Origin: the human T2T-CHM13v2.0 reference genome, Homo sapiens
Assembly (NCBI RefSeq): GCF_009914755.1
Contig: NC_060929.1
Length of the DNA stretch: 64,000 nucleotides
Reading direction: 5' to 3' (one strand)
Within the stretch, counting starts at the first letter, position 1; every line of letters starts with the position of its first letter. This document shows positions 39,036 to 53,890 of the stretch, piece after piece. The notes under the pieces were generated by a model. The model was not told the DNA's origin, ran no database searches, and saw only the letters and a program-made list of their open reading frames with translations. Made by a program: the position numbers and the translations under genes.

Positions 39036-41021
39036 TGCACTAAGTTCTAGGGACAACGCTAGCTGGGTGAATAGACGGAGCGTGGACTAAACCACCCGCC
39101 TCATCCCCTGTGGGAAGGGATGTTTGGAGGTGGAGCAAAGCAAAGGAAGAGCTGGAACGTGTGTACAAAGAAGGGTCCCACGCTGCGGGGTCGCAGGAAA
39201 GTGCCCGGGAGAACAGTCTGTGGTAGGGAGGGACGCTTAGTGCAAGGGGGAAGCTGCGCAGGCGGCGCTGCCACTCTGAACTTGGGGGCGTTCCGCTAGG
39301 CGTTCAGAGTGTCCTCTGAAACGCACCTAGTTACCAGGATCAAAGTAGCTGTGCTCCTAAGGACTGTTGGGAGAGGTGAGGCTTGCAGCAGCCTTTACAA
39401 AAGCTTGGCTAGAAGCCTTGAACCGTCCACAGGCTCCTCTATACCCTCAAGACTAGCTGTGCCCATCCATTCTGCTTCTGGCTCAATCTGACACCAGTTT
39501 ACCCGTCCCCAGGTTGCCAGCTCCAGAAAAACACTGCTGGCGGCGAGGTGTGAGTTACTAGGACTGTAAGACCTCCGCAGTTGAGTGGTGGTTATTTGCC
39601 CAGGCTGCCTTCCATGGACGGTCGGTCGGGAGGTCAGGGTGGCTGGGGGCATGCTGGCTCTGATAGTTACAAGTGCTTCTGTCTGAACCTGAAGTTGGAC
39701 GTGCAGTGCTAACCTAGAAGAGAGAGTTCCTCTAAACTGTGTGTTGGGAGACAATCAACGAAAACATTTACACAAGGTCCCCAGGGGAGGCGAGGGCCAG
39801 AGGACCCGCCCTCTCGGATTTTATAACCCAGCAGTTCGCATTGCCAGTTCTACTTGACTGCCCTCTTGACCTTGAATAAGTTATTTTAACTTTGTAGAGG
39901 TTCGGTTTTCCAAGAAGCAAAAACAGAAGAATGACAATTCATCAGCAGTGGCAAGAGCATGGATTGGAGGCCAGGGAGTTGGATTCCAAGCTCAGTGGTA
40001 CCACTGACCAGTTGTGAAACTCAGGGCAAGAGGTACAACCTGTCCTGGCCTCAGCTGCCAGGAAGGCTCAGAGCCTTTAATTCTGGATTCCACTCTGGCA
40101 GTAATCTGCCAGACTTAGCCTGTGAATGCTCACTAGTTCTTTGCAGTCTTGCTACAGATTGTACTTGGTTCCAAAGAGCGTTTATGGACGGAAGAGATAC
40201 TAGATCAGTGGGTGAATTGAATTTTAATTCCAATCTGTTCATAGGGCTACACAAATCATTCAGGCTTAAAGATAGGTGGAAGTAAGCCTGACTGGTTTAG
40301 TTAATGCTTAGAATGCACTGGGAAGGATCTCACATAGAAAGTCCTGGTAAAGTTTGAGCTTGGTTATATAATCCTGGAAGACATCCTTTCTGTGCATTTG
40401 AAAGATTCCAGCCACAACCTCCCTGTTACAGGCATGAGTAGAGGGGAAGCCCCACACTAACCCCTCAGTGGAAGACAGCCCAGTCTTGCAGAGCTCATGG
40501 AGGCCGCTTACATCATATCTGATAAACAATTGACTTACCTGGGAATGACTCAGTTAATGTCAACTTCTCAGAAAAGCAGCTTATCAGTTTGGTAATGAAA
40601 TAGTTAAATTGTCTTTAAAAGCTGTATTAAATATTGGATGCCTAATTGCCAGAGCTTATTGAGATAAGCACTGCTTTTTTTTTTTTTTACTTTATATACA
40701 CATCTTATTTTTATTTATGGAGAATCAGTTAATAAACACATTTTAAATTCAATATATTATGTATTTGCTTTTTTGATAACACTGCTCTTTAGCTTTTTAA
40801 TTTAGCTTTAGGAAGGGAAATAAGCAGGATGACAATTTTTTTTACTAGATAATTATTATAAGAGATTAAAAAGCCACAAAGAACCTTGTTTCTTCAGGTT
40901 TTCAGAGATGAATATCAACATAATGGTGAAAATTTTTTAAGTACTTAGGCGCTAGGCATTGGACTAAGCTCTTTATGTAAACACTATCATGTAATCCTAT
41001 CAACACCTTCTGAAGATGTGC

Positions 41022-41053
<32 letters not shown>

Positions 41054-41334
41054 TTGAGACAGAGTCTTGCTCTGTTGTCCAGGCTGTAGTACAGTGGTTT
41101 GATCTCGGCTCACTGCAACCTCTGCCTCCCAAGTTCAAGTGGTTCTCCTGCCTTAGCCTCCCGAGTAGTTGGGGCTACAGGTGCGCACCACCAGGCTTGG
41201 CTAATTTTTGTATTTTCAGTAGAGACAGGGTTTCACCATGTTGGTCAGGCTGGTCTCGAACTCCTGACCTCATGATCCACCCGCCTCGGCCTCCCAAAGT
41301 GCTGGGATTACAGGCATGAGCCACTGTGCCTGGG
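41022..41334 (-). mobile_element. AluSg-like with (TAT)n tail, inserted in a MIR
   Basis: Full Alu; MIR sequence on both sides (~40930-41020 and ~41340-41430). Confidence 0.93.
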
Positions 41335-41839
41335 CGCTACTATTTCTTTAAATTTTACAAATGGGAGAGCTGAGACTTCTCATCTTAGATGACACAGCTA
41401 GTAGGTGGTGGAGCTGAACCAGCCAGCTGGGTGTATTTACAATGATCCAAGCGACATGCAAGAAGGAAGAAAAGGGGAGGGCAAAAAGTGCCTACTACGT
41501 GTCAGATGCTTTATACACCTCAGTGCATAGAGATTTAAAAATCTTTTATGAGTGATAATTTTCTTTTCTTTTTCTACTTGGACTTTCTTGCTTTCATCAA
41601 CATGATCTGGGTGTCTTTTCATGTCAGCAAAGAGATTGACTCCTTTATTTTTAACTCTGTAAGCTTGAGAGCAGATGGGTAAACCGTAATTTATTTAACC
41701 AATCCCTGTGAATGGGCATTTGGATTATTTCTCAGTTTTCACAGTCACATACAGTACTTGTGAAAGATCACACAGTGGATCCATTTATTTACATATTTCT
41801 GCATACCTGTTTAGATATTTCTGGTGAATCTGTTCCTAG

Positions 41840-42223
<384 letters not shown>

Positions 42224-42539
42224 TAAATGAAATGTAATTTCTGATTTGGGGTCCAATTCTTCCACTAACATGTTTTTGGAGTTTTGATAAATCATTTAAT
42301 CTGAGAGGGTCTCAGAAGTATTGTCTATAAACTATGGATGGTAGGACTTGTTGGTTGCCAAGGTCTTTTCCAACCGTAAGGGTCTGCAACTATGTGCAGT
42401 TAGAGGTCACACAAATGAAACTGTCCATATTTGACCATTTTTTGCCTACAAAAACAACAACTTAGTATGATTTTATCTAATATCACATGAATTCCTAAAA
42501 TATCTGTTTTTGGTACCCTGGCTTTTCTGAGGTAGCTTT

Positions 42540-43128
42540 ATGTGTGAGAAGTGGCTAGGCTATGCTGCAGTCACAAATCAACCCTGAAACCTCAGTAGCT
42601 TAAAAAATAGAAAGAGGCTGGGCATGATGGCTCACACCTATAATCCCAGCACTTTAGGGGGCTGAGGCAGGAGGATTGCTTGAGGCCAGAAGTTTAAGAC
42701 CAGCTTAGGCAACATAGTGAGACCCTTCTTTAAATTTTTCAAAATAAAAATAAAAATAAAATAATAAAATAAAAATGAAAAATAAAATATAAAGATTTAT
42801 TTGTCACTCACATTTTATGTCCAAAGCAGGTTAGCAGAGTGCCCTGCTCCACAAAGGCACTCAGGGCACCAGGCTATCAGAGCTCTGCCATCTTGTAACT
42901 GCACTATCTAGAACATGCAGTCTTGATGGTCCTATGGCAGGGGAGGAAACAGAGACAGTGGAGAATCAACACCTGCTTGTAAATGCCTTGGCTCAGAAAT
43001 GAAGCATATTTCTTGTATTTACAGTCTTTTGGTAAGAACTAGTCACACAGACCTCAACCTGATGCGTGGAGACAAGGAAATGCTTTTCAGTGTGTCCAGA
43101 AAGAGAAAATGGTAAATACATAGCACTC
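42540..43128 (-). mobile_element. Old MLT1 LTR interrupted by a FLAM/Alu monomer (+, 42616-42790)
   Basis: ctaggctatgctgcagtcacaaatcaaccctgaaacctcagtagctt...; ggctgggcatgatggctcacacctataatcccagc with (AAAAT)n tail. Confidence 0.7.
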
Positions 43129-43514
43129 TGTATTAGTTTGCTAGAGCTGCCATAATAAAGTACTAAAGACTGATAGCTCACACAACCGAGATTGACTTCT
43201 TTATAGTTCTGGAGGCTAAAAGCCTCAGAACTATAAGGTATCAGCAGCATTGGTTAATTCTGAGGACCTCTCTTCTTGGCTTGTAGACGGTCATCTTTTC
43301 CCTCTGTCTTCATATGGTCTTCCCTCTGTGTGTCTATGCCCTAATCTCTTCTTACAAAGACACCAGTCATATTGGATTAGGAGCCATGTTAATGACCTCA
43401 TTTAAAATTAATTCCTCTTTAAAGACTCTATCTCCAAATACAGTTACATTCTGAGGTACTGGGAGTTAGGACTTCAACCTAAGAATTGTGTTGAACACAA
43501 TTCAGCCCATAACA
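43129..43514 (-). mobile_element. MLT1A/B LTR
   Basis: tgtattagtttgctagagctgccataa...ttctgaggtactgggagttaggacttcaac...ttcagcccataaca. Confidence 0.88.
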
Positions 43515-43799
43515 CATTGTCTCTGTCAGACAGCACATCCTGAGATGTAGTCATGCTGTTTTCATTGGAGGGGGCCTGTAGGTTACTGAGCCATGTTATG
43601 GAGTCATCTTCCTCTTCACCTCACATCCATCTCCTCCTGTCCCCCCACCCCCTGCCATTTCCTAACCCAAAACTGTTATTTTTCTGAATTCCCTGGGTAA
43701 TATTTAAAGCGGCCCAATGTTACTACTTACATCAAGCAAATTTTATTGATGGCATTGACTGTAATGTGAAGCCGAGTGGCTGTGGGTTAGAGATGGGAA

Positions 43800-44000
43800 A
43801 CCTAGGGGTTAGGAGCACCAACTCTGAAGCAGACTGCCTGGGTGCTAATCCCAGCTCCATTGCTTGCCAGTAGTATTCCTCATCTGTCAAATGGGAATAG
43901 TAATACTTCCCTTGCAGGGTTATTGTCCTGATTAAATGAGATAATCTATGTAAAGTGGTTGGTACAGACTAGGTGTCAAAAATGGTGGCTATTATTATTT
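43800..44000 (+). mobile_element. MIR SINE
   Basis: cagactgcctgggtgctaatcccagctcc...cctcatctgtcaaatgggaatagtaa. Confidence 0.8.
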
Positions 44001-44859
44001 GCAGCTTCAGAAGCTCATGGAGCCCTTCACACCCAGTGTCCTGCATTCCAGCCTGTGTCCCAGCATCACAGACAACCCAGAGGCTCTGCCACACAAGCTC
44101 CCAGGGCTTCCCTGGTGTGCCCAGGAAGCATGTATTTGTTAGTATGGCAGTAATTGCATTACCACTTTAAAGCTCCAACAGCCTACGCATATTAAAGTCA
44201 TAGGTTCCTAATTAGATCGTACAGCCAAAAGGAACAGAAGAGACTATCCCCTTAAATAGCCCCTTAAAATTATTATCCTTGTTACAGTTAAGACAATGAG
44301 AATTGGCAGTTAAATTGATTTGGAAAAGCAGCATTTCAGTTTTTCTAAGAGGCACCCTCTTCCTCTCCCATTTTAATGACCCTGGAATCAGGATGTGTTA
44401 ATACCTGAGAGTTAGGCCTGCAACCTTTTCCCATTGACCTGCCTGGGAAGATGACTGCAGACTTACCTTCTCATGCCATCTTTTTCTTGGAAACACAGCA
44501 GTTGGATTGCTGTGTACCTGAGGTGAATTATCTGTCTTGATTATTGCAAAACTATTGATTCCTGAGACTGCATTAGGATTGGAAGAGCTATGAGTTGCCC
44601 AGTGGCCTTGGGCCTCCATGATTGGAGCAAGAAAGAATCCAGAAGGAAACCAAAGCAGTGGTTTCTCCTGGGTAGGGTGAACCACACCCTTCATCTTTGG
44701 CAACTATGTGCACCATAGTGCGCAGAGGGGAGGCCAAGAGTCTGCAACTGTGGGTAGTTGCTGGGCCTTCCTACGAGATAGCAGATACTATGCAAGCTGT
44801 GTTTCCCATTCTGTTTCCTACTAGAAAGCTAAATAAAGGCAGTGATAGATTAAAACCTA

Positions 44860-45548
44860 TTGTGTCTTGTGAATTGATTACAAGTCTGAATCTGTGATCA
44901 CTGCTGCTGGTGGGACAGCTTCTTATAAATTGCTGTCAGCCAGGCAGTGGTTGTAATGGATTTGTCTATGAATATGTACACAGTGTACACAGTTTCAGCT
45001 TTTTATGTTTTCAACATTTGTTGAAGTAGGTGCATGGTTGATAATACATGTGTTTAGTTTACTTGCTGGCTAAGATGACTTCACAAAGGTTACACTATGA
45101 TTTGGCCTTGACACAAAAGTTATTGTTTACACAGGGAGTCAAGGAAATAGAACATGGGGATAAATTTGATATTGATGAGGCAAATATTTGGCATTGGAGG
45201 GATGATGCAATTTCAGTTTTCTTTGCTTGTTTGTTTTGCAAAGTAGCAGCCAAGTGCTTTTAAGGAAGAAAAGATACCCACAAGTACCTACAGCTAGATT
45301 TATGTTTCAATATTGAGAGATGTGCAAAGGGGTTACCTCTTACATGTCAAGTAACTAAACTGAAGCCAGGAGATATAGCCTAATCTATAGATGAAAAAAA
45401 AAATCAAAGCAGTGAGCGGCCAGTGGGAGCAATTTTCATATCTTGTAGGACTGTCATTGTTTGATGGGCAGCATTCTTTTCTTAGTGATACATAAAGTGA
45501 TGGCATTCCCTACAATTAGTGGTATTTTAGATTTGATGAAATATGGCA
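44860..45548 (+). mobile_element. Ancient Tigger (Tigger13a-like) with remnant pogo transposase N-terminal HTH
   Basis: ORF 45048-45263 MTSQRLHYDLALTQK...KFDIDEANIWHWR resembles a pogo/Brinker-type DNA-binding domain; end ttagatttgatgaaatatgg. Confidence 0.6.
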
Positions 45549-47149
45549 AAAATGGCAAAGAGGGGACTAGAATCCAGAGCTTCTATCTCTCAAGCAGTCT
45601 ACTTTCTCCTACCCATACCAAGGTGTGCATTCCCTGACCCTGGTGTTGTCTGACTCCAGCCTTGGTTTTCATCTTCGAAAGAATTTTTAAACTTTTCCCT
45701 AGAAGATTAAGACAATTACACTGAGGCATAAACAAATGAAAAAGCAACCATCTAGCATACGTGGCCAGCCAATATTCTCCATTGTAAATATTACTCCTTT
45801 TGAGTGAAACTTATGAAGGGTGTTACTAAGGTCAGGACATTACTAAGAAAGTAAGTGGCTTAATAAATGTATTTATCACCAGCTCTTTATCATTGTATAC
45901 ATGTTTAAGAGGCCATGGCTGATTAAAGAGTAGGAGAACATGACTTCTCTAGGGTTTTAGCATCTATTTTCTAGTTCCAGTTAGTATTAAAAAATAAATT
46001 CAAGACCATCTTTGTTGGAATAGCATGCAATTGAAATAGGAAAATTAACTTGCTCAGAGAGCTTTTAATTAAATCTTTGTTTGAAAACTTCACAAAAGAC
46101 CCTCTTAGTAACCTAAGAGTACTTTAGAAAGTTGAGGAGTTCTAGATCCTGTCCTGGCTTTCGATGGAATGATATTAGGAAGGTTGAGATGAATAATATT
46201 GATAAAGGGCTTACTATGAACATCTTTGTCAAACAGCCATTGAACAGCATTCCTGTTTAAAGTGCATCGTTTTGCAGTACTCATTTTCACATCTTGAAGA
46301 GGAAACACCCAGTTTTATTCCAGAGTAGCATTTTCAGGGGGACAATGGCTACTGAAGTATTTTCACAATCTGTCTTTTCTTGGGTAAGTTTTTCTGTTTA
46401 AGGAAGGGCATTTTGGATCTTTAAATATGGCATGCACTGGGGGTTCTCAATGTGCTGTCACTCATATCATGAGAATAACTTCTGTCGGAAAGACCACAGC
46501 TCACCCACTGATCTCTGCAACTGCAGAAAAGATCTCACGGCTGCAAGGATTGCACAAGAGGAAAATAAGTAGGAAGGAAGGAGTGGGAGGAAATAGTGAA
46601 GGGAGTAGAAGGAAGGATAAAGCAGTGTATTTCAACCCTGTGCATCACAACACACAGAGGACAATGTAATATTGTCTAGGACATTTGAGTCAGTGGACAA
46701 GGCTCTGTGTCTGCTCCAAATGCTGAATGGGTGACCTGAAGGCTTAGAGAATCAATATCTTGCTTCCGTACCAGTTCAGCTGGTACCCTGATGAGTAAGT
46801 CTGAGGGTAAAGCATAGCCCTCAGTGGGGGAAGGGAGAAGAGGCTGGGGACCACCACATTATCTGCTCCTGCCTGTCTCAAACACCTAGATGGCCTCTTG
46901 CTTTGGCCCAGGTGTAGTTGGTCTTCTCTTTCTCCCCTAAGCCCTTCCCTCTGCCTTTCTAGGGATTTGCCCAGTCTGCAGGGTTTTTCTCTGCACTACA
47001 GCAAGCACTGCTGTCATTCACACCCCCTCTTCCCCAGGCTTGAAATCTGGAAGGCAATGAGAGCTGTGAGCAGCAGGGGAGGACACAGGCGGCCTAGGAC
47101 ACTTGCTTCCCCACTCTGACTTGTCATCCTTAAAGGACATATTTCTATT

Positions 47150-47930
47150 ATTCATGCAACACATAATTAGTGAGCATCTAATATATGCCAGACAAAGATC
47201 TTCTCTTGAGGCTTACCTTCAAGTGTTGGGATAAAGTCAAGAAGGAAAGGAGAGGAGGAGAAGGAGAGGAAAGGGAAGAAGAGGGAGAGGAGAAAGGATG
47301 CAAGTGTCAGATGTGGTGAGCACCAGAAAGAAAGATAAAGCAGGAAAGAGCAATAATAACTGTCCAGGATGGGGTGGGGAACATTGCCATAGTAAATAGC
47401 ATGGTCAGAGAATGCCTCCCTGATAATGTAATATCTGAGCTGAAGCCTGAAGGAAGTGGGGAGTGATATTTGTGAAATTTTTTGGATATTTGTGAAAGAA
47501 TATTTCAAGTGGGAGGGATAGTGGGTGCAAAGGCCCTGAAGGAGCATGTCGGCATGCCCATGGTGCAGCAAGGAGGCTGCTGGAGCAGGAGGAAGTGAGC
47601 AGGAGGGGCAGCAGGAGCTGAGGGCAGAGAGGTTGTGGAGAGCCAGGCTGCTCAGGGACTGTGGTCGGCTATAAAGACCAGGTCAGATGGGAAGTGGGGG
47701 GTCTGACAGTTTGTAGGAGGCTCACCCTGGCTGCTTATGGAGAATAGCCTGAGGGAAGCCAGGTGAAGCTAGGAGACCATCAGTCATCCAGGCAAGAGGT
47801 TTTGGCAGCTTAGACCAGAATGGTAGCAGTGAAGATGGCAAAAAATGGTCAGATTCTGAATCAGTTTTGTAAGTGGACCTAACAGGATTTGCAGGCAGAT
47901 GGAATATGGAGGGAGAAAAGATCTAGGGTG
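47150..47930 (-). mobile_element. L2 fragment
   Basis: ggtcagagaatgcctccctgataatgtaatatctgagctgaagcctgaagg...gtgcaaaggccctga. Confidence 0.8.
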
Positions 47931-48814
47931 ACATTAGAATATCTCTAAGGCCCCTTCTAGCACTAACACGGTGTGAGTTGTTACCATCAGCCCATTGGTC
48001 GGGCTTGCCACCTGGTGCCTGTCCTTTGCCCATGTTCTTATTAATTCTTCTCCATGAGTTGAGTCAGCTGACCTGGTTGTTATCAAGGGTGATTGTGGTC
48101 TGGCTTTGTTCTTGAGTGCCAAAATGCCCTTTGGTTTCCCTGGAGGGGCAAACCTTCCAGGGAGTTCTAAGGCCAGTCCTTGACTGCAACAGTTTAACAT
48201 GCCATGGTCAAAATAAAGGCTGCTTTCCCTCTGGAAGCCTTTCTTCATAACCAAACTTGGAGTGCCACTAAGATAGCTCTAAAGGAGAGGGGTAGATCTA
48301 GTTTGTTAGCTGAAAAATATTACTCTTAATAAATGAATCATAATTAGTGGAAAGATGAGAACCAATGCAGTCATCTGTTGCAGAATTTATTTGATAAATG
48401 GGATAATAGAAGAGAAAAGGACGTCTACAGTCTATAGTTTAGCGGCCAGTACTAAGTGAGGCTCAATGAGAAGCCAAGAGAAAGCAATTGCTTCACTGAA
48501 ATCTGATCTGACACACAGATGAGTGTGATGGAGGTGCTCCTGTCTCTTCCTTTCACTTGGCCCTGGTAAGGTCTGACTGGTGTCAATCATGGCTTTTTTA
48601 GACCTAAAAGTTGTGTTCTCCTCATCACTTTGGCTCTAGCATATGAACTGGTTGTGTGAACTGTTGGCCGAGGCCTTCCCTTGCAGAATTAAAACAACCT
48701 CTGTCTCTCAGTATATGCTCTAGGAAAGTTTTAATTGGCTGAAGACAAAGTAGGCCCAAGAATAATATGATTCGTAAGGGATGGTGAATTTATTATCTTA
48801 TGCTTGGTGGTCCA

Positions 48815-49204
48815 GTATATCAGTCGGCTTCAGCTACCATAACAAAATACCACACACTGGGTGGCTTAAACAACAGATACTCATTTCCTCACAGTTCAGA
48901 AGGTTAGAAGTCCAAGATCAAGGTGCTGTCAGGGTTGGTTTCTGGTGATGCCCTTCTTCCCAGCTGGCACACAGCCATTTTCTTGCTGTGTCCTCACATG
49001 GCTTTTTCTCTGTGCATGTATGGAGAGAGCTCTATGGTGTCTCTTCCTCTTCCCACAAGGATACTGTCCTATTGGATTAGGGTCCCACCTTTATCCTCAT
49101 TTAACCTTAATTACCTCCCTCAAGGCCCTATCTTCAAATATAGTCATATTGACAGTTAGGACTTCAACTTAGGAATTTTGGGGGACAGACTTCAGTCCAT
49201 AACA
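48815..49204 (-). mobile_element. MLT1A-like LTR
   Basis: ccataacaaaataccacacactgggtggcttaaacaacag...ttcagtccataaca. Confidence 0.88.
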
Positions 49205-49244
49205 TGAGGTAAATGTAAGTTTTTTTAAAAATGAATTTTATTGA

Positions 49245-49570
<326 letters not shown>

Positions 49571-49590
49571 AAAACATATACCTTTTAAAG

Positions 49591-50117
49591 CAGCGGTCCC
49601 CAACCTTTTTGGCACCAGGGACCAATTTTGTGGAAGACAATATTTCCACAGATCGAAGGTGGGGATTGTTTCGGGTTGATTCAAGCACATTACATTTATT
49701 GTGCACTTTATTTCTATTATAATTACATTGTAATATATAATGAAATAATTATACAACTCACCATAATGTAGAATCAGTGGGAGCCCTGAGCTTGTTTTCC
49801 TGCAATTAGATGGTCCTGTCTGGGGGTGATGGGAGACAGTGACAGATCATCAGGCATTAGATTCTCATAAGGAGTGTGCAACCTAGATCCGTTGCATACG
49901 CAGTTCACAGTAGGGTTCGCACTTCTATGAGAACCTAATGCTGCCACTGATCTGACAGGAGACGGAGTTCAAGTGGTAATGTGAGTGAGGGGCAGTGGCT
50001 ATAAATAGAGATGAAGCTTTGCTTGCTTGGCCTACCGCTCACCTCCTGCTATGTGGCCCAGTTCCCAACAGGCCACGGACTGGTATGGGTCCATGGCCCA
50101 GGGGTTGGGGACTCCTA
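49591..50117 (+). mobile_element. MER1A (hAT-Charlie) full-length
   Basis: cagcggtccccaacctttttggcaccaggg...ggggttggggactccta; perfect 8-bp TSD ttttaaag. Confidence 0.93.
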
Positions 50118-52951
50118 TTTTAAAGTGTACAGTTTGATGAGTTTTGACAAAGTAAGTCATCTTGTAATGTGTCCACATAATCACCACCACAGTCTAGATA
50201 TAGACCAGTTCTATCAGCCTGAGTCACGTGTTCCTTCCCAGCCAATTCCCAACCCCCACCAGAGACCCCAAGTAACCAGTGTCTTCCTTCCATTCCACTA
50301 GACTAGAGTTGTCTGTTTTAGAGTTTCATGTCAATAAAATCATACACATAACTTTTTGTGTCTGTCTTGTTTCACCCAGTATAAGGATTTTGATTCATAC
50401 ATGTTGTTGTGTATATCAGTAGTTTGTCACTTTTCATCTTTGAGTAGAAGTCTATTTTATGGGTGTACCACAATTTGTGTATTTACTCACCTACTAATGA
50501 ACATTTGGGTTGTTTCCAGTTTGGGGCTATTATTTTAAAAGCTACTATGAACGTCCATAGATAAGCCTTTGGCCATTTTCCATTATGTTCTTATTTCTCT
50601 TGGGTAAGTGCCTAGAAATGAAATTCCACCTTTCCATGGTAAGTGTATGTTTTTAATAAGAAAATATTAGAGACTGCTGTCCTTAAAAGAGATTGTAGTA
50701 ATTTATATTCCCATCAGTAATGTACGAGAATTCCAGTTGTTCTATATGTTGCTAACACTTGGTATTGTCAGTCTTTTTCATTTTAGCCATTTTAGTGGCT
50801 GTATGCTGGTATCTCATTGTGGTTTTATTTGCACTTCACTGATGACTAATTGATGCTGAGTCTTTTTTATATGATTACTGACCATTTTTATTTCTTGTAT
50901 TATGAAGTATCTGCTCTAAATATTTTGCCCAATTTTTAAAATTGGGTTGTTTGACTTCTGATTATTGACTTGTAAGACTTTTAAAAATATATTCCAGATA
51001 CAAGTCATTGGATGTATATTTCTCCCAGTCTGTGGCTTGCCTTTTTATTTTCTTGAAGATATCTTTAAAAGAGCAGACTTTTACATTTTCAATGAATTGC
51101 AATTTATCATGTTTTTCTTTTCTAGTTCATGCCTTTTACATTCTTTTAAAGAAATCTTTGCCTACCTCAATTTCACAAAGATTTTTTCCTATGTTTACTT
51201 CTAGAAGCTTCCTTCTTAAATTCTACGATCCATTTCAAGTTAATATTCATGTATGGTGTAAAGTAAGGGTGGAAGGATTTTGTTTTTTTGCTTGTTTTGT
51301 TTATGCATTTGGATACTCAGTCATTCCACCACCATTTGTTGAAAAGACTATACTTTCCAAATTAAGTTACTTTGGTAGTTTTACTGAAAATTAATTGACC
51401 CTATATGCGTGGGTCTGTATCTGGACACTATTTTATTCCATTGATCTATTTGTTTGTCCTTATGCCAATACCGCTCTGTATTGTTTACTGTGGCTTTGTA
51501 CTAAATTTTAAAATCAGGCACTGTTTGTCTTCTTTGTTCTTTTTCAAAATTCATTTGATTATTCTAGGTCAATTGCATTTCTACATAATTTTTCTAATCA
51601 TTTTGTCAATTTTTACAGATATAAACCTGTTGGGTTTTGATTGAGATTGTATTGAATCTATAGATCAATTTAGGGGGAACTGACATCTCAGCAATAAGGA
51701 GCTTTCTGATACAAGAACATTGTATATCTCTATTTAATTAGACTTTTAAATTTCTCTATCAGTGTTTTATAGCTTTCAGTGTGAAGGTCTACAGAAAAAT
51801 TTTATGCTTTTTAATATTATTGTAAGTAGTATTTTGTATTTCAATTTCCAATGGTTCATTGCTGGTATATAGAATACAATTGACTTTTGTTTATTGACCT
51901 TGTATCCTGTGATTTTATTATACTCACTTATTAGTTCTAGCAGCTGTTTTCATAGCCTTTAGCATTTTCTATGTGTACAATTATGTTGTCTGTGAATAAA
52001 CAGAATTCTACTTCCTCTTTCCCAGATTGTATCTTTTACTTCTTTTTCTTGCTTTATTTTATTGGCTAGAGCCCCCAGTGTAGCTTTGGTGATAGTGCAC
52101 ACCTGTGTCTTGTTCCTGATCTTAGGGAAAAGGCATTCAATCTTTTAAGTATGAGGCTTACTGTAGGGTTTTTGCATAGGCTTTTTATCAGGTTAAAAAA
52201 AGTTTCCTTTCTTGACTTACTTATTGAGAATTCTTATTGTAAATAAGAAGTGAATTGTCAAAAGATTTTATTACACCTATCGAAATGATGTTTGTTTTTT
52301 CCTTTGTTCTTTTACAATGGTGAATCACATTGACTTTTTTATTGTGGTAAAATACCCATAACATGAAATTCAGATTTGTAACAATTTTAAAGTGTACAAT
52401 TAAGTAGTATTAAGTATGTGCACAATGTTGTGCAACCATCACCCCTATCAAGTTCCGGAATTTTTTTAATCACTCCAAAAAGAAACCCCATGACCATTCG
52501 GCAGTCACTTTACATTCCCCAGCCCCTTTACATTCCCCAGCCCCTGGCAAGCACCTGCTCTCTGTCTCTGGATTTGCCTATTCTAGATATTTCATATAAA
52601 TGGAATCATAATAGTGGCCTTTGTGTCTGGCTTCGTTCACTTAGCATTTTTTAAAGGTTCATTCATGTGATAGTGTGTATTGGTGCTTCATTTTTTTAAA
52701 TGGCTGAATAATATTCCATTGTATGGATATACCACATTTTGTGTATTCAGTCATCTGTTGATGAACATTTGAACTACTTCTACCTTTTGACTATTGTAAA
52801 TAGTGCTGCTATTAAACATTTAAGTACAAGTTATTGTTTGAATACCTGTTGTCAGTTCTTTGGGGTATAAGCCTGGGAGTGGAATTGCTGAGTCATATGG
52901 TAACTCTCTTTACCTTTTAGGAACTGCCAAACTGTTCTCCACACTGGCATT

Positions 52952-53305
52952 ATGTTTTAGTTTGTGCTGCTATAACAGAATACCTGAGGCTGGGTAATTT
53001 AAGAGAATAGAAATTTATTTTCTCTCAGTTCAGGAGGCTGGGAACTCCAAGATCAAGGTGCCTGCATCCATTGAGGGCCTTCTTACTATATACTCCAGAG
53101 AAGAGGAAACACATGCCCTCACATGGCAGAAGGCAGAAGGGCAAGAGTACAAGAGAGATCGAACTTAGCCTCAAGTCGTTTATATAATGGCATGAATCCA
53201 TTCATGAGGGCAAATACCTGCCATTAGGCCCCCCGCCAATACAGTTGCATTAAGCATCAATTTTCCAACACATGAATTTTGGGGGGATGCGTTCAAGCCA
53301 TAGCA
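52952..53305 (-). mobile_element. MST (MSTC/D-like) MaLR LTR
   Basis: tgctgctataacagaatacctgaggctgggtaatt...ttttggggggatgcgttcaagccatagca. Confidence 0.8.
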
Positions 53306-53453
53306 TTCTACCATTTTACTTTCCCAACAGCAATGTTTAAGGGTTGCAGTTTCCCCATATCATTGCCAACACTTTTTTTTTTCAATTATAGCCATCCTAG
53401 CAGATTTGAAGGGACATTTCACTGTAGTTTTGACTTTATTTACATTCATTTTA

Positions 53454-53890
53454 CAGTTGACCCTTGAACACTGTGGGGGTAAGGGATGCTGACCCCCTGC
53501 ACAGTAAAAAAAGAAATCAATATATAACTTTGAACTTCCTAAAAACTTGAGACCAATAGCCTATTGTTGACCAGAAGCCTTCCCAATAACAAAAAGTCAA
53601 TTAACACATATTTTGCATGTTATATATATTATATACTATAGTCTTATGATAAAGTATAGAGAAAAGAAGATGTTATTAAGAAAATCATAAGGGAGGGAAA
53701 ATATATTTACTATTCATTATGTGAAAGTGGATCATCATAAAGGTCTTCATTCCTGTCGTCTTCATGTTGAGTAAACAGAGGACAAGGAAGAGGAGAGGTG
53801 ATCTTGTTATCTTAGGGGTGGCAGAGGCAGAAGAAAATCTGCGTGTAAGTGGACCCACAAAGTTGAAACCCGTTGTTCAAAGGTCAACTG
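53454..53890 (+). mobile_element. Tigger2a-like element
   Basis: Terminal inverted repeats cagttgacccttgaaca / tgttcaaaggtcaactg, TA flanks. Confidence 0.85.

Larger units (their letters stand above)
38050..39320. promoter_or_regulatory. CpG island / promoter (weak CpG tail to ~39850)
   Basis: Sharp rise in GC and CpG density, non-repetitive; CACGTG E-boxes at 38251 and 38885; CTCF-like ccaccagggcgccc at 38337-38350. Confidence 0.92.

Noticed and set aside
45048-45263. HTH-like ORF suggesting a domesticated transposase
   Set aside because: Short, degenerate remnant of a Tigger element with no catalytic domain.
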